The position numbers and the translations under genes are program-made. A DNA stretch of 49,550 bases from a virus (lineage: Duplodnaviria > Caudoviricetes), in the IMG/VR virus record IMGVR_UViG_3300025600_000024, positions 1 through 49,550 of that record. One strand, written 5' to 3'. The first letter of the stretch is position 1, and every line of letters begins with the position of its first letter. Of this stretch, positions 1 through 6,845 are shown piece by piece. The notes under the pieces are model-generated. The model had not been told where the DNA came from and ran no database searches. It saw only the letters and a list, made by a program, of their open reading frames with translations.

Positions 1-133
1 TTAAAACCTCCGAATTGTATACCGGCGGGGCTGAAACCACCCACCCCGCCTGGATCGTCGATGGCGTGGAAAAGACCGAGTTTTTATTTAGCTGTTACAT
101 TAACAGCGTGATTAATGGAAAAGCTTTAAGCCT
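1..133 (+). repeat. Terminal direct repeat (left copy), circular assembly overlap
   Basis: 1-133 matches 49418-49550 except position 7 (C) vs 49424 (A). Confidence 0.95.
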
Positions 134-950
134 TCCTTTCTCCGATCCAAAGACAGGAATGAACTTTGATCAGGCGAAAGCATACGCTGAAGCGTGCGGG
201 GTTGGGTATCATTTACCGACCATTGCAGAGTCAGCAGCTATTGCGCTGTGGTGCCGGAAAAATAACCTGATGCCACGGGGTAATAACAATTATGGCAAAG
301 ATCATTCAGCACCCTACGAAAAGGGTACCGCGACTTACTTGAGCGCGGGTACTACCTGCAGAACCGCCACAGGCTCCGGCCCAATCTCCTGGAACCATAA
401 TGGTCAACCTTTTGGCATCGCTGATTTAAACGGGAATGTTTACGAATGGCAAGCCGGATATCGAACCGTGGACGGTGAGATTCAAATCATCCCTGATAAC
501 AATGCAGCTGTCACTGGAACTAACCAACTGGCAACTTCAACGCTCTGGAAGGCAATTATGCCGGACGGATCTTTGGTTACGCCTGGTACCGCTGGCACAT
601 TAAAATGGGATCATCTGGTCGCAGCTGTAGCCGGCGGCGGGTTTAGATTAAATACGGCCATTGAAAATGTAGGGGCTGACGGTGTCTATGGCGCCACATC
701 CTTTGCCGGTCTTACGGCCAAAGCCGGGGTTAATATTCCGGAGATCCTTAAAAAACTGGCAATCATGCCGGTTGATGCAGGCGATCATGGTGGGGATTCC
801 ATTTACATGGATAACCATGGTGAGCGTTTGGGTTTTCGTGGGGGCCTTTGGATCAACACTTCCAGCGCTGGGGTTTTCTACTTGGATGGCGGTTTTCCCC
901 GGTCGCTTGCTGGCGACGGCGTCGGGTTTCGCTCTGCTTTCGTAATCTGA
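3..950 (+). CDS. DGR target protein, 3' part; FGE-sulfatase/C-type-lectin (CLec) fold, Mtd-like putative receptor-binding protein. Gene starts at 49294 across the circular junction (357 aa total)
   Basis: Motifs LPTIAE, GIADLNGNVYEW, RGG.W and C-terminal GFRSA; last ~40 codons carry the VR; in frame with ATG 49294 through the terminal overlap. Confidence 0.92.
   Translation, partial: KTSELYTGGAETTHPAWIVDGVEKTEFLFSCYINSVINGKALSLPFSDPKTGMNFDQAKAYAEACGVGYHLPTIAESAAIALWCRKNNLMPRGNNNYGKDHSAPYEKGTATYLSAGTTCRTATGSGPISWNHNGQPFGIADLNGNVYEWQAGYRTVDGEIQIIPDNNAAVTGTNQLATSTLWKAIMPDGSLVTPGTAGTLKWDHLVAAVAGGGFRLNTAIENVGADGVYGATSFAGLTAKAGVNIPEILKKLAIMPVDAGDHGGDSIYMDNHGERLGFRGGLWINTSSAGVFYLDGGFPRSLAGDGVGFRSAFVI
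825..938 (+). repeat. DGR variable repeat (VR)
   Basis: Ungapped alignment to 1366-1479 with 17 mismatches, all opposite A in TR. Confidence 0.97.
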
Positions 951-951
951 C

Positions 952-974
952 GGGCGGCGCGATAGCGCCTGCCC
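952..974 (+). other. GC-rich hairpin/cruciform downstream of VR (DGR target-recognition element)
   Basis: GGGCGGCGC-GATA-GCGCC(T)GCCC: 9-bp GC stem, one bulge, 4-nt loop, right after the target stop codon. Confidence 0.8.
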
Positions 975-1000
975 CTTACTACAATTGAGAAAGGACATAA

Positions 1001-1342
1001 ATGGAAGAATTAATCATTTTAGAAAAGACAAAAGAAATGCTCAGTTATGGGAATCAGGCGCTAGTCTCTTTCCCAAAATCTGAACGGTTTTCGTTGGTTG
1101 TGGATATCAAAAATAGTATGTATGCTATTTTTAGATTGTGTATTGTAGCAAATAAAAAGTATTACAAGAAAACGACCTTACAGGATCTGGATATTGAAGT
1201 TGAAGTATTACGGGGGTTCCTGGCTTATGCCGTTTCCCCGGATGTTAAATATCTTTCAATCAGGAAATATGAGATTTGGTCTAAAAAAGTCAATGAGATT
1301 GGAAAAATCCTAGGGGGCTGGATTAAGTCTCAGAAAAAATAA
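1001..1342 (+). CDS. avd: DGR accessory variability determinant (Avd, four-helix bundle)
   Basis: 113 aa, basic; FPKSERFSL..IKNS, LQDLDIE, EIGKILGGW motifs; lies between VR and TR. Confidence 0.93.
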   Translation: MEELIILEKTKEMLSYGNQALVSFPKSERFSLVVDIKNSMYAIFRLCIVANKKYYKKTTLQDLDIEVEVLRGFLAYAVSPDVKYLSIRKYEIWSKKVNEIGKILGGWIKSQKK

Positions 1343-1365
1343 TAGCTACGGGGGATGGGTCATAT

Positions 1366-1479
1366 CGTTTGGGTTTTCGTGGGGGCAATTGGAACAACAC
1401 TTCCAACGCTGGGGTTTTCAACTTGAATGGCAATAATCCCCGGTCGAATGCTAACGACAACATCGGGTTTCGCTCTGCT
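1366..1479 (+). ncRNA. DGR template repeat (TR), part of the DGR RNA
   Basis: A-rich copy of VR with 11 AAY codon-equivalents and 25 adenines; between avd and RT. Confidence 0.95.
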
Positions 1480-1659
1480 CTGCTCTTGTTTCCAGATATT
1501 TGGTGGTTACGGCTGCTGAATCAGTGTAAAGAGATTAAAGGGATCCATCTCCCTTCTTATTTTGTTAAAGCAGCTTAAGAAAAATACGGCATTAATAGAG
1601 ATAGTTAGTAGGCTTTTTAGTCGGAGGGTATCTTTTGATTTTTAATACATAAGGACAAC

Positions 1660-2718
1660 ATGAAGAGAATTAACAATATTTATGAGAAAATCTATGATTT
1701 TGAGAACTTATATAGTGCCTACATTGAAGCACGCAGGGGCAAAAGGTATCGTCCGGACGTGCTTAAATTCAGTGCACACCTGGAAGAAAACCTGACTGAA
1801 ATACAAAATGAATTAATGTGGAAATCCTACCATGTTGGAAGTTACCGACAATTTTATGTTCATGAACCAAAGAAAAGATTGATCATGGCTTTATCATTCA
1901 AGGATCGGGTGGTCCAATGGGCCATTTACCGACAGCTTAATCCTCTGGTTGATAAACAATTCATTCATGACAGTTATGGCTGTAGGGTTGGAAAAGGTTC
2001 CCACGCCGCTACCCAGCGCCTGCAAGGATGGTTAATCGCTATAAATAAACAAGAGGATCCCTGCTTTTATTTGAAACTTGATGTATCAAAATATTTCCAC
2101 AGAGTTAATCATGAGGTTTTATTGTGGGACCTTGGAAATCGGATCAAAGATAAGGACGTGATCTGGCTGCTAAGTGAGATCATTAATAATAAAGAGGTCC
2201 CTTTTGGTTTACCATCCGGAATAAAACCGGAGGATTGCCCGGTTGAAGACCGGCTCTTTGATGTTGGTATGCCGATCGGTAATCTTACCAGTCAAATGGA
2301 GGCTAATTTATGCCTGGACAACCTGGATCAATATGCTAAACATGATCTTCAGATCAAACATTATATAAGGTACATGGATGACATCATTATCCTAGGTAAA
2401 AGTAAGAGTGAACTCTGGGAGATCAAACACAAAATTGAGGTGTTTTTAAATGATGTTTTGAAATTGGAATTGAATCATAAAACAAGGGTTGGACGTGTCA
2501 AAGATGGTATTGAGTTTGTTGGCCTCCATGTTTGGGGCCATAAACAACGGATCAAGAAACAATCCCTGAAGCGCATAAAGGCCCGGCTGAAATTTGTCCG
2601 GAGGGCGTTTGATAAGAGTGAAATTAAAGAGGATAAATTACAGGCAACAGAGGCTTCATATCGTGGGTTGCTGAAAAGTACGCACTCCACAGGGTTATTG
2701 GAAACGTTTGGATTATAG
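1660..2718 (+). CDS. DGR reverse transcriptase
   Basis: 352 aa; PKKRLI, DRVVQ, KLDVSKYF, GMPIGNLTSQ (DGR-type GxxxSQ), YIRYMDD; no maturase or endonuclease extension. Confidence 0.96.
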   Translation: MKRINNIYEKIYDFENLYSAYIEARRGKRYRPDVLKFSAHLEENLTEIQNELMWKSYHVGSYRQFYVHEPKKRLIMALSFKDRVVQWAIYRQLNPLVDKQFIHDSYGCRVGKGSHAATQRLQGWLIAINKQEDPCFYLKLDVSKYFHRVNHEVLLWDLGNRIKDKDVIWLLSEIINNKEVPFGLPSGIKPEDCPVEDRLFDVGMPIGNLTSQMEANLCLDNLDQYAKHDLQIKHYIRYMDDIIILGKSKSELWEIKHKIEVFLNDVLKLELNHKTRVGRVKDGIEFVGLHVWGHKQRIKKQSLKRIKARLKFVRRAFDKSEIKEDKLQATEASYRGLLKSTHSTGLLETFGL

Positions 2719-2739
2719 CAGCTTAACGGCTGCTTTTTT
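2717..2739 (+). terminator. Probable intrinsic terminator after RT
   Basis: AGCAGC-TTAACG-GCTGCT followed by T-run. Confidence 0.65.
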
Positions 2740-2765
2740 ATTGGGAAAAAAAGAAGGAGGTGTTT

Positions 2766-3140
2766 ATGAGTTTGGCAGATTTAATCGACATTCTATCAGA
2801 TTATGCAAGCAACATGACGACCATTATTATTTTGGCAGTATTAGTATTCAAACCGCTACGGTTGAAATTCACGGAGAGATTCATAAAACCTGAAGAAGAC
2901 CAAAACCAAAGGATGAATAAGAGTGAAGACAACCAGGACATCATAAAATTAGCCTTAGTGGCCCTGCTCCATGATCGGGTCTATAATGCCTGTGTTTTTT
3001 ACATTAATCAAACCAATATTAGTGTAGAAGATATGAAAAATCTGAAACATTTGTTTGAAGCCTATGCTGGCCTTGGGGGGAATGGCCTGTGCCATGAATT
3101 ATACACACGAGTTTTAAAATTACCACTAGCAAAAATTTAA
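2766..3140 (+). CDS. Conserved lysis-module membrane protein (holin-like)
   Basis: N-terminal TM helix, LLHDR...Y..LGGNG motif; GGAGG RBS before ATG 2766; upstream of holin and lysin. Confidence 0.6.
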   Translation: MSLADLIDILSDYASNMTTIIILAVLVFKPLRLKFTERFIKPEEDQNQRMNKSEDNQDIIKLALVALLHDRVYNACVFYINQTNISVEDMKNLKHLFEAYAGLGGNGLCHELYTRVLKLPLAKI

Positions 3141-3150
3141 AGGAGAAATT

Positions 3151-3540
3151 ATGAATAAAATTACAAGCTTTATTGAGAATTTAAAAGGTGTTCCAACCGG
3201 TACATGGGTAGTTCTGGCAACCATTGTTTTATTAATTGTTAATGCGATGCTTACGGCATTTAACATTAATCCGATTGTTTTGTCTGAAAGCGATCTTTTT
3301 AAGATTTTTTCTTACGCTGGTGCAATTGCCAGTATTGGTTACGGTATCTGGAAGAACTTTAATATTACAGATAAAGCTCAAGCAGCCGGCCAAATATTAA
3401 CATTATTAAAAGATGGTTTCGTTACCCTGAGCGCCGTATTGCAATTTATTGAAGAAATCAAAAAGAATAACGATACTACCGCTTCAAACAATATTGAAAC
3501 AGAACAAAATGCAAGCGGATTAGAAAACGGGGGTAAATAA
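3151..3540 (+). CDS. Holin (SPP1-like, 2 TM)
   Basis: Two hydrophobic helices, N..L..F.INPI and WKNF.IT..A motifs; directly upstream of endolysin. Confidence 0.8.
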   Translation: MNKITSFIENLKGVPTGTWVVLATIVLLIVNAMLTAFNINPIVLSESDLFKIFSYAGAIASIGYGIWKNFNITDKAQAAGQILTLLKDGFVTLSAVLQFIEEIKKNNDTTASNNIETEQNASGLENGGK

Positions 3541-3541
3541 T

Positions 3542-4993
3542 ATGGCTTATCCTTATCTTCCAGTCGCTCATGGAATGCAGACAAATGGAATCGGAGACCC
3601 AGGAGCCTGTTATAATGGTAGAAAAGAATCTGATATTTCTTATCGTATTGTTTCTTATGCGCTTCCTCTTCTTACCTCTGTCGGGGTCAAATTAGAGTCA
3701 GATTTCTTTGGCAATAACGACAAGAACATTATTAAGTGCGTTGAAGAGGCTAATCAACTGGGATGCGACCTCTATGTGTCTTTTCATGTAGACAGCAATA
3801 AAGATGCCGTTGGTGGGGTGATGCCCATCATTCAGGCGGGTGATGCACAAGCCAGACGGTTTGCTGAATTAGCAATCAAGAATTTAGGAGAAATTGGTTT
3901 AAAGAGAAGAACCATTTTAGAACGTGAAGACGATTATGAGAATTTAAAAACAAATATGACCTCTTGCGTTTTAGAAATGGGAACCATCAATAATGAAGAG
4001 GACTTTAATATCCTCTGGAATAAAGCCCCGCAAGTTGGAAAGCAGATTGCTTATACAATTTTAGACTACTATGGAATAACACGGCCGGTTGACTTTACCA
4101 CTGTTCCTTATGTGGATTCAAAAATCCCAACCTCTTTACCCAGTCCATTGCCCCCTGTGATTGATGGTACTCCTGTATCCGTCCCACCAGTAGAAAATCC
4201 GGCTCCTGTAGCCCCTATCATGCCACCTGTTTCTCAGGACTATCAAGTACGGTATGAAACGATAAACATTCAGTATTTCTTACACATCTGTAACTATAGT
4301 CCCGGCCTTGCTTTTGACAATGAGCCCGGACCGGTAACAAGTACTGGTGTTGGTAACGCTCAAAGAGGTTACCAGATAGCAGATGATGAACAATGGGGGC
4401 CGGTTACAGAACAGAAGGCTTCTGGACAAGTTGGTATCTATCAGACTAAGTTAAAAGAAAAAGGATTTTATAATGGCGAAATTGATGGCATTCCGGGAGA
4501 GCAAACATATCAAGCAGTGATTGATTTTCAAAATTCAGTAGGATTGAGAGCTGATGGCTGTATTGGTATGAATACATTTAATTATTTAATTAATGGCATC
4601 GCTCCATCGGATATTGTAGAAATCCCAGCACCTTCTGGGCAATCTTATGTGTACTTCACAGATGATGAATTCAAATGTGCATGTGGGTGTAGTGGTGATG
4701 TGCTTCCAGAGATCAAAGCACTTGCCGATCGAGTAAGAGCACGATACGGTTACCCTCTTATTGTAACTAGTGGATTCAGATGCCCTTACCAGAATGATTT
4801 AGACGGTGGAGTAGGGTTCAGTTTCCATATGCAGGGAATGGCAGCAGATATATATAGCCCAGGTAGAATGAGTTATGATGAAGTAGAAGTACTTGCTAAT
4901 GTAATAGTAGAATGTGGTGGCGGGGTTATCATGTATCATGCCAATCTTTTCTGTCACATGCAACTCGAAGTAACCAAATGGTCTATGAACTAA
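3542..4993 (+). CDS. Endolysin: Amidase_3 + Pro-rich linker + PG-binding domains + Peptidase_M15-like domain
   Basis: AHG..DPGA..E, SFH.D, VLEMG (amidase); IDGIPGEQT.QAV.DFQ..GL.ADG (PG-binding); EFKCACG, TSGFRC, SFH..G.AADI (M15). Confidence 0.88.
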   Translation: MAYPYLPVAHGMQTNGIGDPGACYNGRKESDISYRIVSYALPLLTSVGVKLESDFFGNNDKNIIKCVEEANQLGCDLYVSFHVDSNKDAVGGVMPIIQAGDAQARRFAELAIKNLGEIGLKRRTILEREDDYENLKTNMTSCVLEMGTINNEEDFNILWNKAPQVGKQIAYTILDYYGITRPVDFTTVPYVDSKIPTSLPSPLPPVIDGTPVSVPPVENPAPVAPIMPPVSQDYQVRYETINIQYFLHICNYSPGLAFDNEPGPVTSTGVGNAQRGYQIADDEQWGPVTEQKASGQVGIYQTKLKEKGFYNGEIDGIPGEQTYQAVIDFQNSVGLRADGCIGMNTFNYLINGIAPSDIVEIPAPSGQSYVYFTDDEFKCACGCSGDVLPEIKALADRVRARYGYPLIVTSGFRCPYQNDLDGGVGFSFHMQGMAADIYSPGRMSYDEVEVLANVIVECGGGVIMYHANLFCHMQLEVTKWSMN

Positions 4994-5006
4994 ATATAAA
5001 ACATAT

Positions 5007-5032
5007 GGCCACCTCCGGGTGGTCTTTTTTTT
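5007..5032 (+). terminator. Intrinsic terminator after lysin
   Basis: GGCCACC-TCCG-GGTGGTC then T-run. Confidence 0.8.
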
Positions 5033-5041
5033 ATTGCAAAG

Positions 5042-5063
5042 AAAAAGCCCCGGTTAAGGGGCC
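5042..5063 (-). terminator. Intrinsic terminator of leftward accessory operon
   Basis: Minus strand GCCCC-TTAACC-GGGGC-TTTTT just after the stop of 5070..5504. Confidence 0.7.
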
Positions 5064-5069
5064 TAGGGT

Positions 5070-5504
5070 TTATTTTACCAACTGTTCCAAAGCTTCTTCA
5101 ACCAGGACATTGATTGACGTTCCCTTATTTTCAGCCAATGCCCACAATTTTGATTTTAATGCGGGGTTGATTAAAATATACAAAGGTTCTTTTTCACCAT
5201 CTTCAGAGACTTTCCCGAAGATGGCTTCATAATCCTCAACATCCAGATTACTTTCAGCCCACAATTTGGCATCTTCACGTGTCATTGGCATGATCTGTTC
5301 GCCAGGTCCCCCGGTGTTGCCGTGCCATTCTCCATAACGAGAATTTCCGCCGCCTTCACCGTGTAAAAAATATTTTCCGGATTTTGTTCGATACAGGTCT
5401 TCAGAACAATATTCGAAATCGTCTGATGGGAGATCGTTGTCCCATTGTCCAATACATTTTGCAGTGTTCGTGTCATATTTTGCGCCGTTAATAATTTTTT
5501 TCAT
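5070..5504 (-). CDS. Hypothetical protein with C-terminal ribbon-helix-helix-like DNA-binding domain
   Basis: C-terminus LYILINPALKSKLWALAENKGTSINVLVEEAL fits an RHH pattern; AAAGGAG RBS. Confidence 0.7.
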   Translation of the reverse strand: MKKIINGAKYDTNTAKCIGQWDNDLPSDDFEYCSEDLYRTKSGKYFLHGEGGGNSRYGEWHGNTGGPGEQIMPMTREDAKLWAESNLDVEDYEAIFGKVSEDGEKEPLYILINPALKSKLWALAENKGTSINVLVEEALEQLVK

Positions 5505-5537
5505 TTTAGTTCTCCTTTAAATTTTTAATAGGTGGTC

Positions 5538-5555
5538 GGTCGCCACCCTGATTTT
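5538..5555 (-). repeat. 18-bp intergenic direct repeat, copy 1
   Basis: GGTCGCCACCCTGATTTT, identical at 5821-5838. Confidence 0.9.
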
Positions 5556-5788
5556 TATACTAAATATTGATGTTCGTCATAAAACTTGTCCATATTTTCG
5601 TTTTGTTCAATTCGATCGTCTAAGTATTCTTCAACTTCGGCTTCGGTTTCAAACTGTCCGGCTATTTTCCAAGTATTAAGATATTTTAGATAATATGGCC
5701 AGCCCATGTTTTTATTTGTTTCGTATATTGGATTTTGTGAAACATGCATGCCCAGTTTATAGGCTTTTTCAGTGATTGCCTTTTTCAT
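5555..5788 (-). CDS. Small hypothetical protein, acidic C-terminus
   Basis: 77 aa ORF with AAAGGA RBS, in operon. Confidence 0.75.
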   Translation of the reverse strand: MKKAITEKAYKLGMHVSQNPIYETNKNMGWPYYLKYLNTWKIAGQFETEAEVEEYLDDRIEQNENMDKFYDEHQYLV

Positions 5789-5820
5789 TTTATTTCCTTT
5801 ACCCTTTCGGGTTTGCGGAA

Positions 5821-5838
5821 GGTCGCCACCCTGATTTT
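5821..5838 (-). repeat. 18-bp intergenic direct repeat, copy 2
   Basis: Identical to 5538-5555. Confidence 0.9.
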
Positions 5839-5839
5839 A

Positions 5840-6244
5840 TTATGATGCCATTTCAAGTAGTAATTCCGATATGTCTTTGATTACACAAGAGTTTAAATCA
5901 TTTGTCGTTAGGACACTTACAAGATAATTTCCTTCAAAGTCTGTGTATCTTTCAGCTAATCCCCTTAATCTATTCTGTACTTGTTCTTGGGTAAAATCAT
6001 AACCATGTTTTGTTAAGGCTGGTATATCGCAAATAATGATAGTAAGTTTTCCGTTATCTTCACTCCGATATATTTGATCGTTATTTTTGTCATCTGCTTC
6101 ATTTACGATGTATTTTAGTATTTGTAAGGATCTCCATCGGCCGCTTACACCATTGTTTAAAAATTCTACATCCATCTTATCAGCAATTATTTGTGCTAAC
6201 CAGCTTGTTTCTTCCAGCTTTCTTACTGCTATTTTCTTTTTCAT
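5840..6244 (-). CDS. Hypothetical protein
   Basis: 134 aa, AAAGGAGG RBS, first gene behind a consensus promoter. Confidence 0.8.
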   Translation of the reverse strand: MKKKIAVRKLEETSWLAQIIADKMDVEFLNNGVSGRWRSLQILKYIVNEADDKNNDQIYRSEDNGKLTIIICDIPALTKHGYDFTQEQVQNRLRGLAERYTDFEGNYLVSVLTTNDLNSCVIKDISELLLEMAS

Positions 6245-6296
6245 GTTGCTGCCTCCTTTAGATTTTTAATTTGTTTGTTTCTATGTCTATGTCTAT

Positions 6297-6325
6297 ATTA
6301 TATATTAGACTTGATATAATGTCAA
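6297..6325 (-). promoter_or_regulatory. Perfect-consensus sigmaA promoter for the leftward accessory operon
   Basis: Minus strand TTGACA-17 nt-TATAAT; overlapped by imperfect palindrome GTCTA..TAGAC (6291-6310). Confidence 0.85.
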
Positions 6326-6644
6326 TCTTTATTTGATTAAATAGTAAGTATTTATATATTTATTTTTGCCGGATTTATGCCATATGAATATCTATATCAC
6401 GGGTTTTAGGCAAAAACAGTTTTATAAATGCTTACTTTTGCTCAAAAACACCCACTTTCTCAAATTACGCCCATATTGACGATTTAAGAGGTTTTATGGT
6501 TCGCAGGAACTAAGTGACCTTTCGTATTGGAAAATCGAGCGCGCGGGGGCAGTAAGACCGTGGGTATATTCTCTATTTTTATTTTGCAAAATCTATGGTA
6601 TGATAAGCAAAAATCAGGAAAGTAAACCCCTCCTGATTCATATA

Positions 6645-6666
6645 GTTTTCCCAAATTTTTCCCAGA
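6645..6666 (+). repeat. Putative integrase arm-type sites (left arm)
   Basis: Tandem TTTTCCCA(A/G)A at 11-bp period; similar pair at 6863-6884. Confidence 0.65.
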
Positions 6667-6766
6667 TGGGGGTAAAATTAGAATGGTTGTTTTAATGGAT
6701 TCTATTTTAAGAATCGCATTAGATAGCCATCACAGAGCAATACAGATCAATATAATCGGTATCACC

Positions 6767-6809
6767 ACGAACCAGTAGGTTGAGGGTTCGAGCCCCCCAG
6801 GGCGCACCA
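6767..6809 (+). other. attP core = 3' half of tRNA-Arg(ACG); not a full tRNA gene
   Basis: ACG-AA-CCAGT-AGGTT-GAGGG-TTCGAGC-CCCCC-AGGGCGC-A-CCA: anticodon, T-arm, acceptor 3' strand and CCA; no 5' half upstream; 35 bp from the integrase stop. Confidence 0.88.
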
Positions 6810-6820
6810 ACTATCGCATT

Positions 6821-6845
6821 AAACAGTCATTCATGGCTGTTTTTT
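6821..6845 (+). terminator. Hairpin terminator after the tRNA 3' end (possibly bidirectional, also serving int)
   Basis: AAACAGTCAT/ATGGCTGTTT inverted repeat with T-run. Confidence 0.6.

Larger units (their letters stand above)
825..2718 (+). mobile_element. Diversity-generating retroelement cassette (VR-hairpin-avd-TR-RT)
   Basis: 114-bp VR/TR pair differing only at TR adenines, Avd homolog, DGR-type RT. Confidence 0.97.

Noticed and set aside
1-7. A/C mismatch between terminal repeats as DGR mutagenesis
   Set aside because: Outside the VR and at the contig edge; more likely an end artefact or ordinary SNP.
1-133. Terminal repeat as a biological DTR or second copy of the target gene
   Set aside because: It falls mid-gene and its length fits an assembler overlap of a circular sequence.
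1369-1578. 69-aa Asn-rich ORF
   Set aside because: It is the TR read in the VR frame (AAY codons); no RBS, and TR functions as RNA.
1660-2718. RT as group II intron, retron or Abi RT
   Set aside because: Short, no maturase or endonuclease domain, GxxxSQ motif, flanked by avd and a TR/VR pair.
6599-6638. Possible small RNA (TGnTATGAT followed by AATCAGGA..TCCTGATT hairpin)
   Set aside because: No properly spaced -35 and no clear terminator; lies within the attP arm region, so evidence is too thin.
6767-6809. Complete tRNA gene
   Set aside because: No acceptor 5' strand or D-arm upstream; only the 3' half, as expected for attP.
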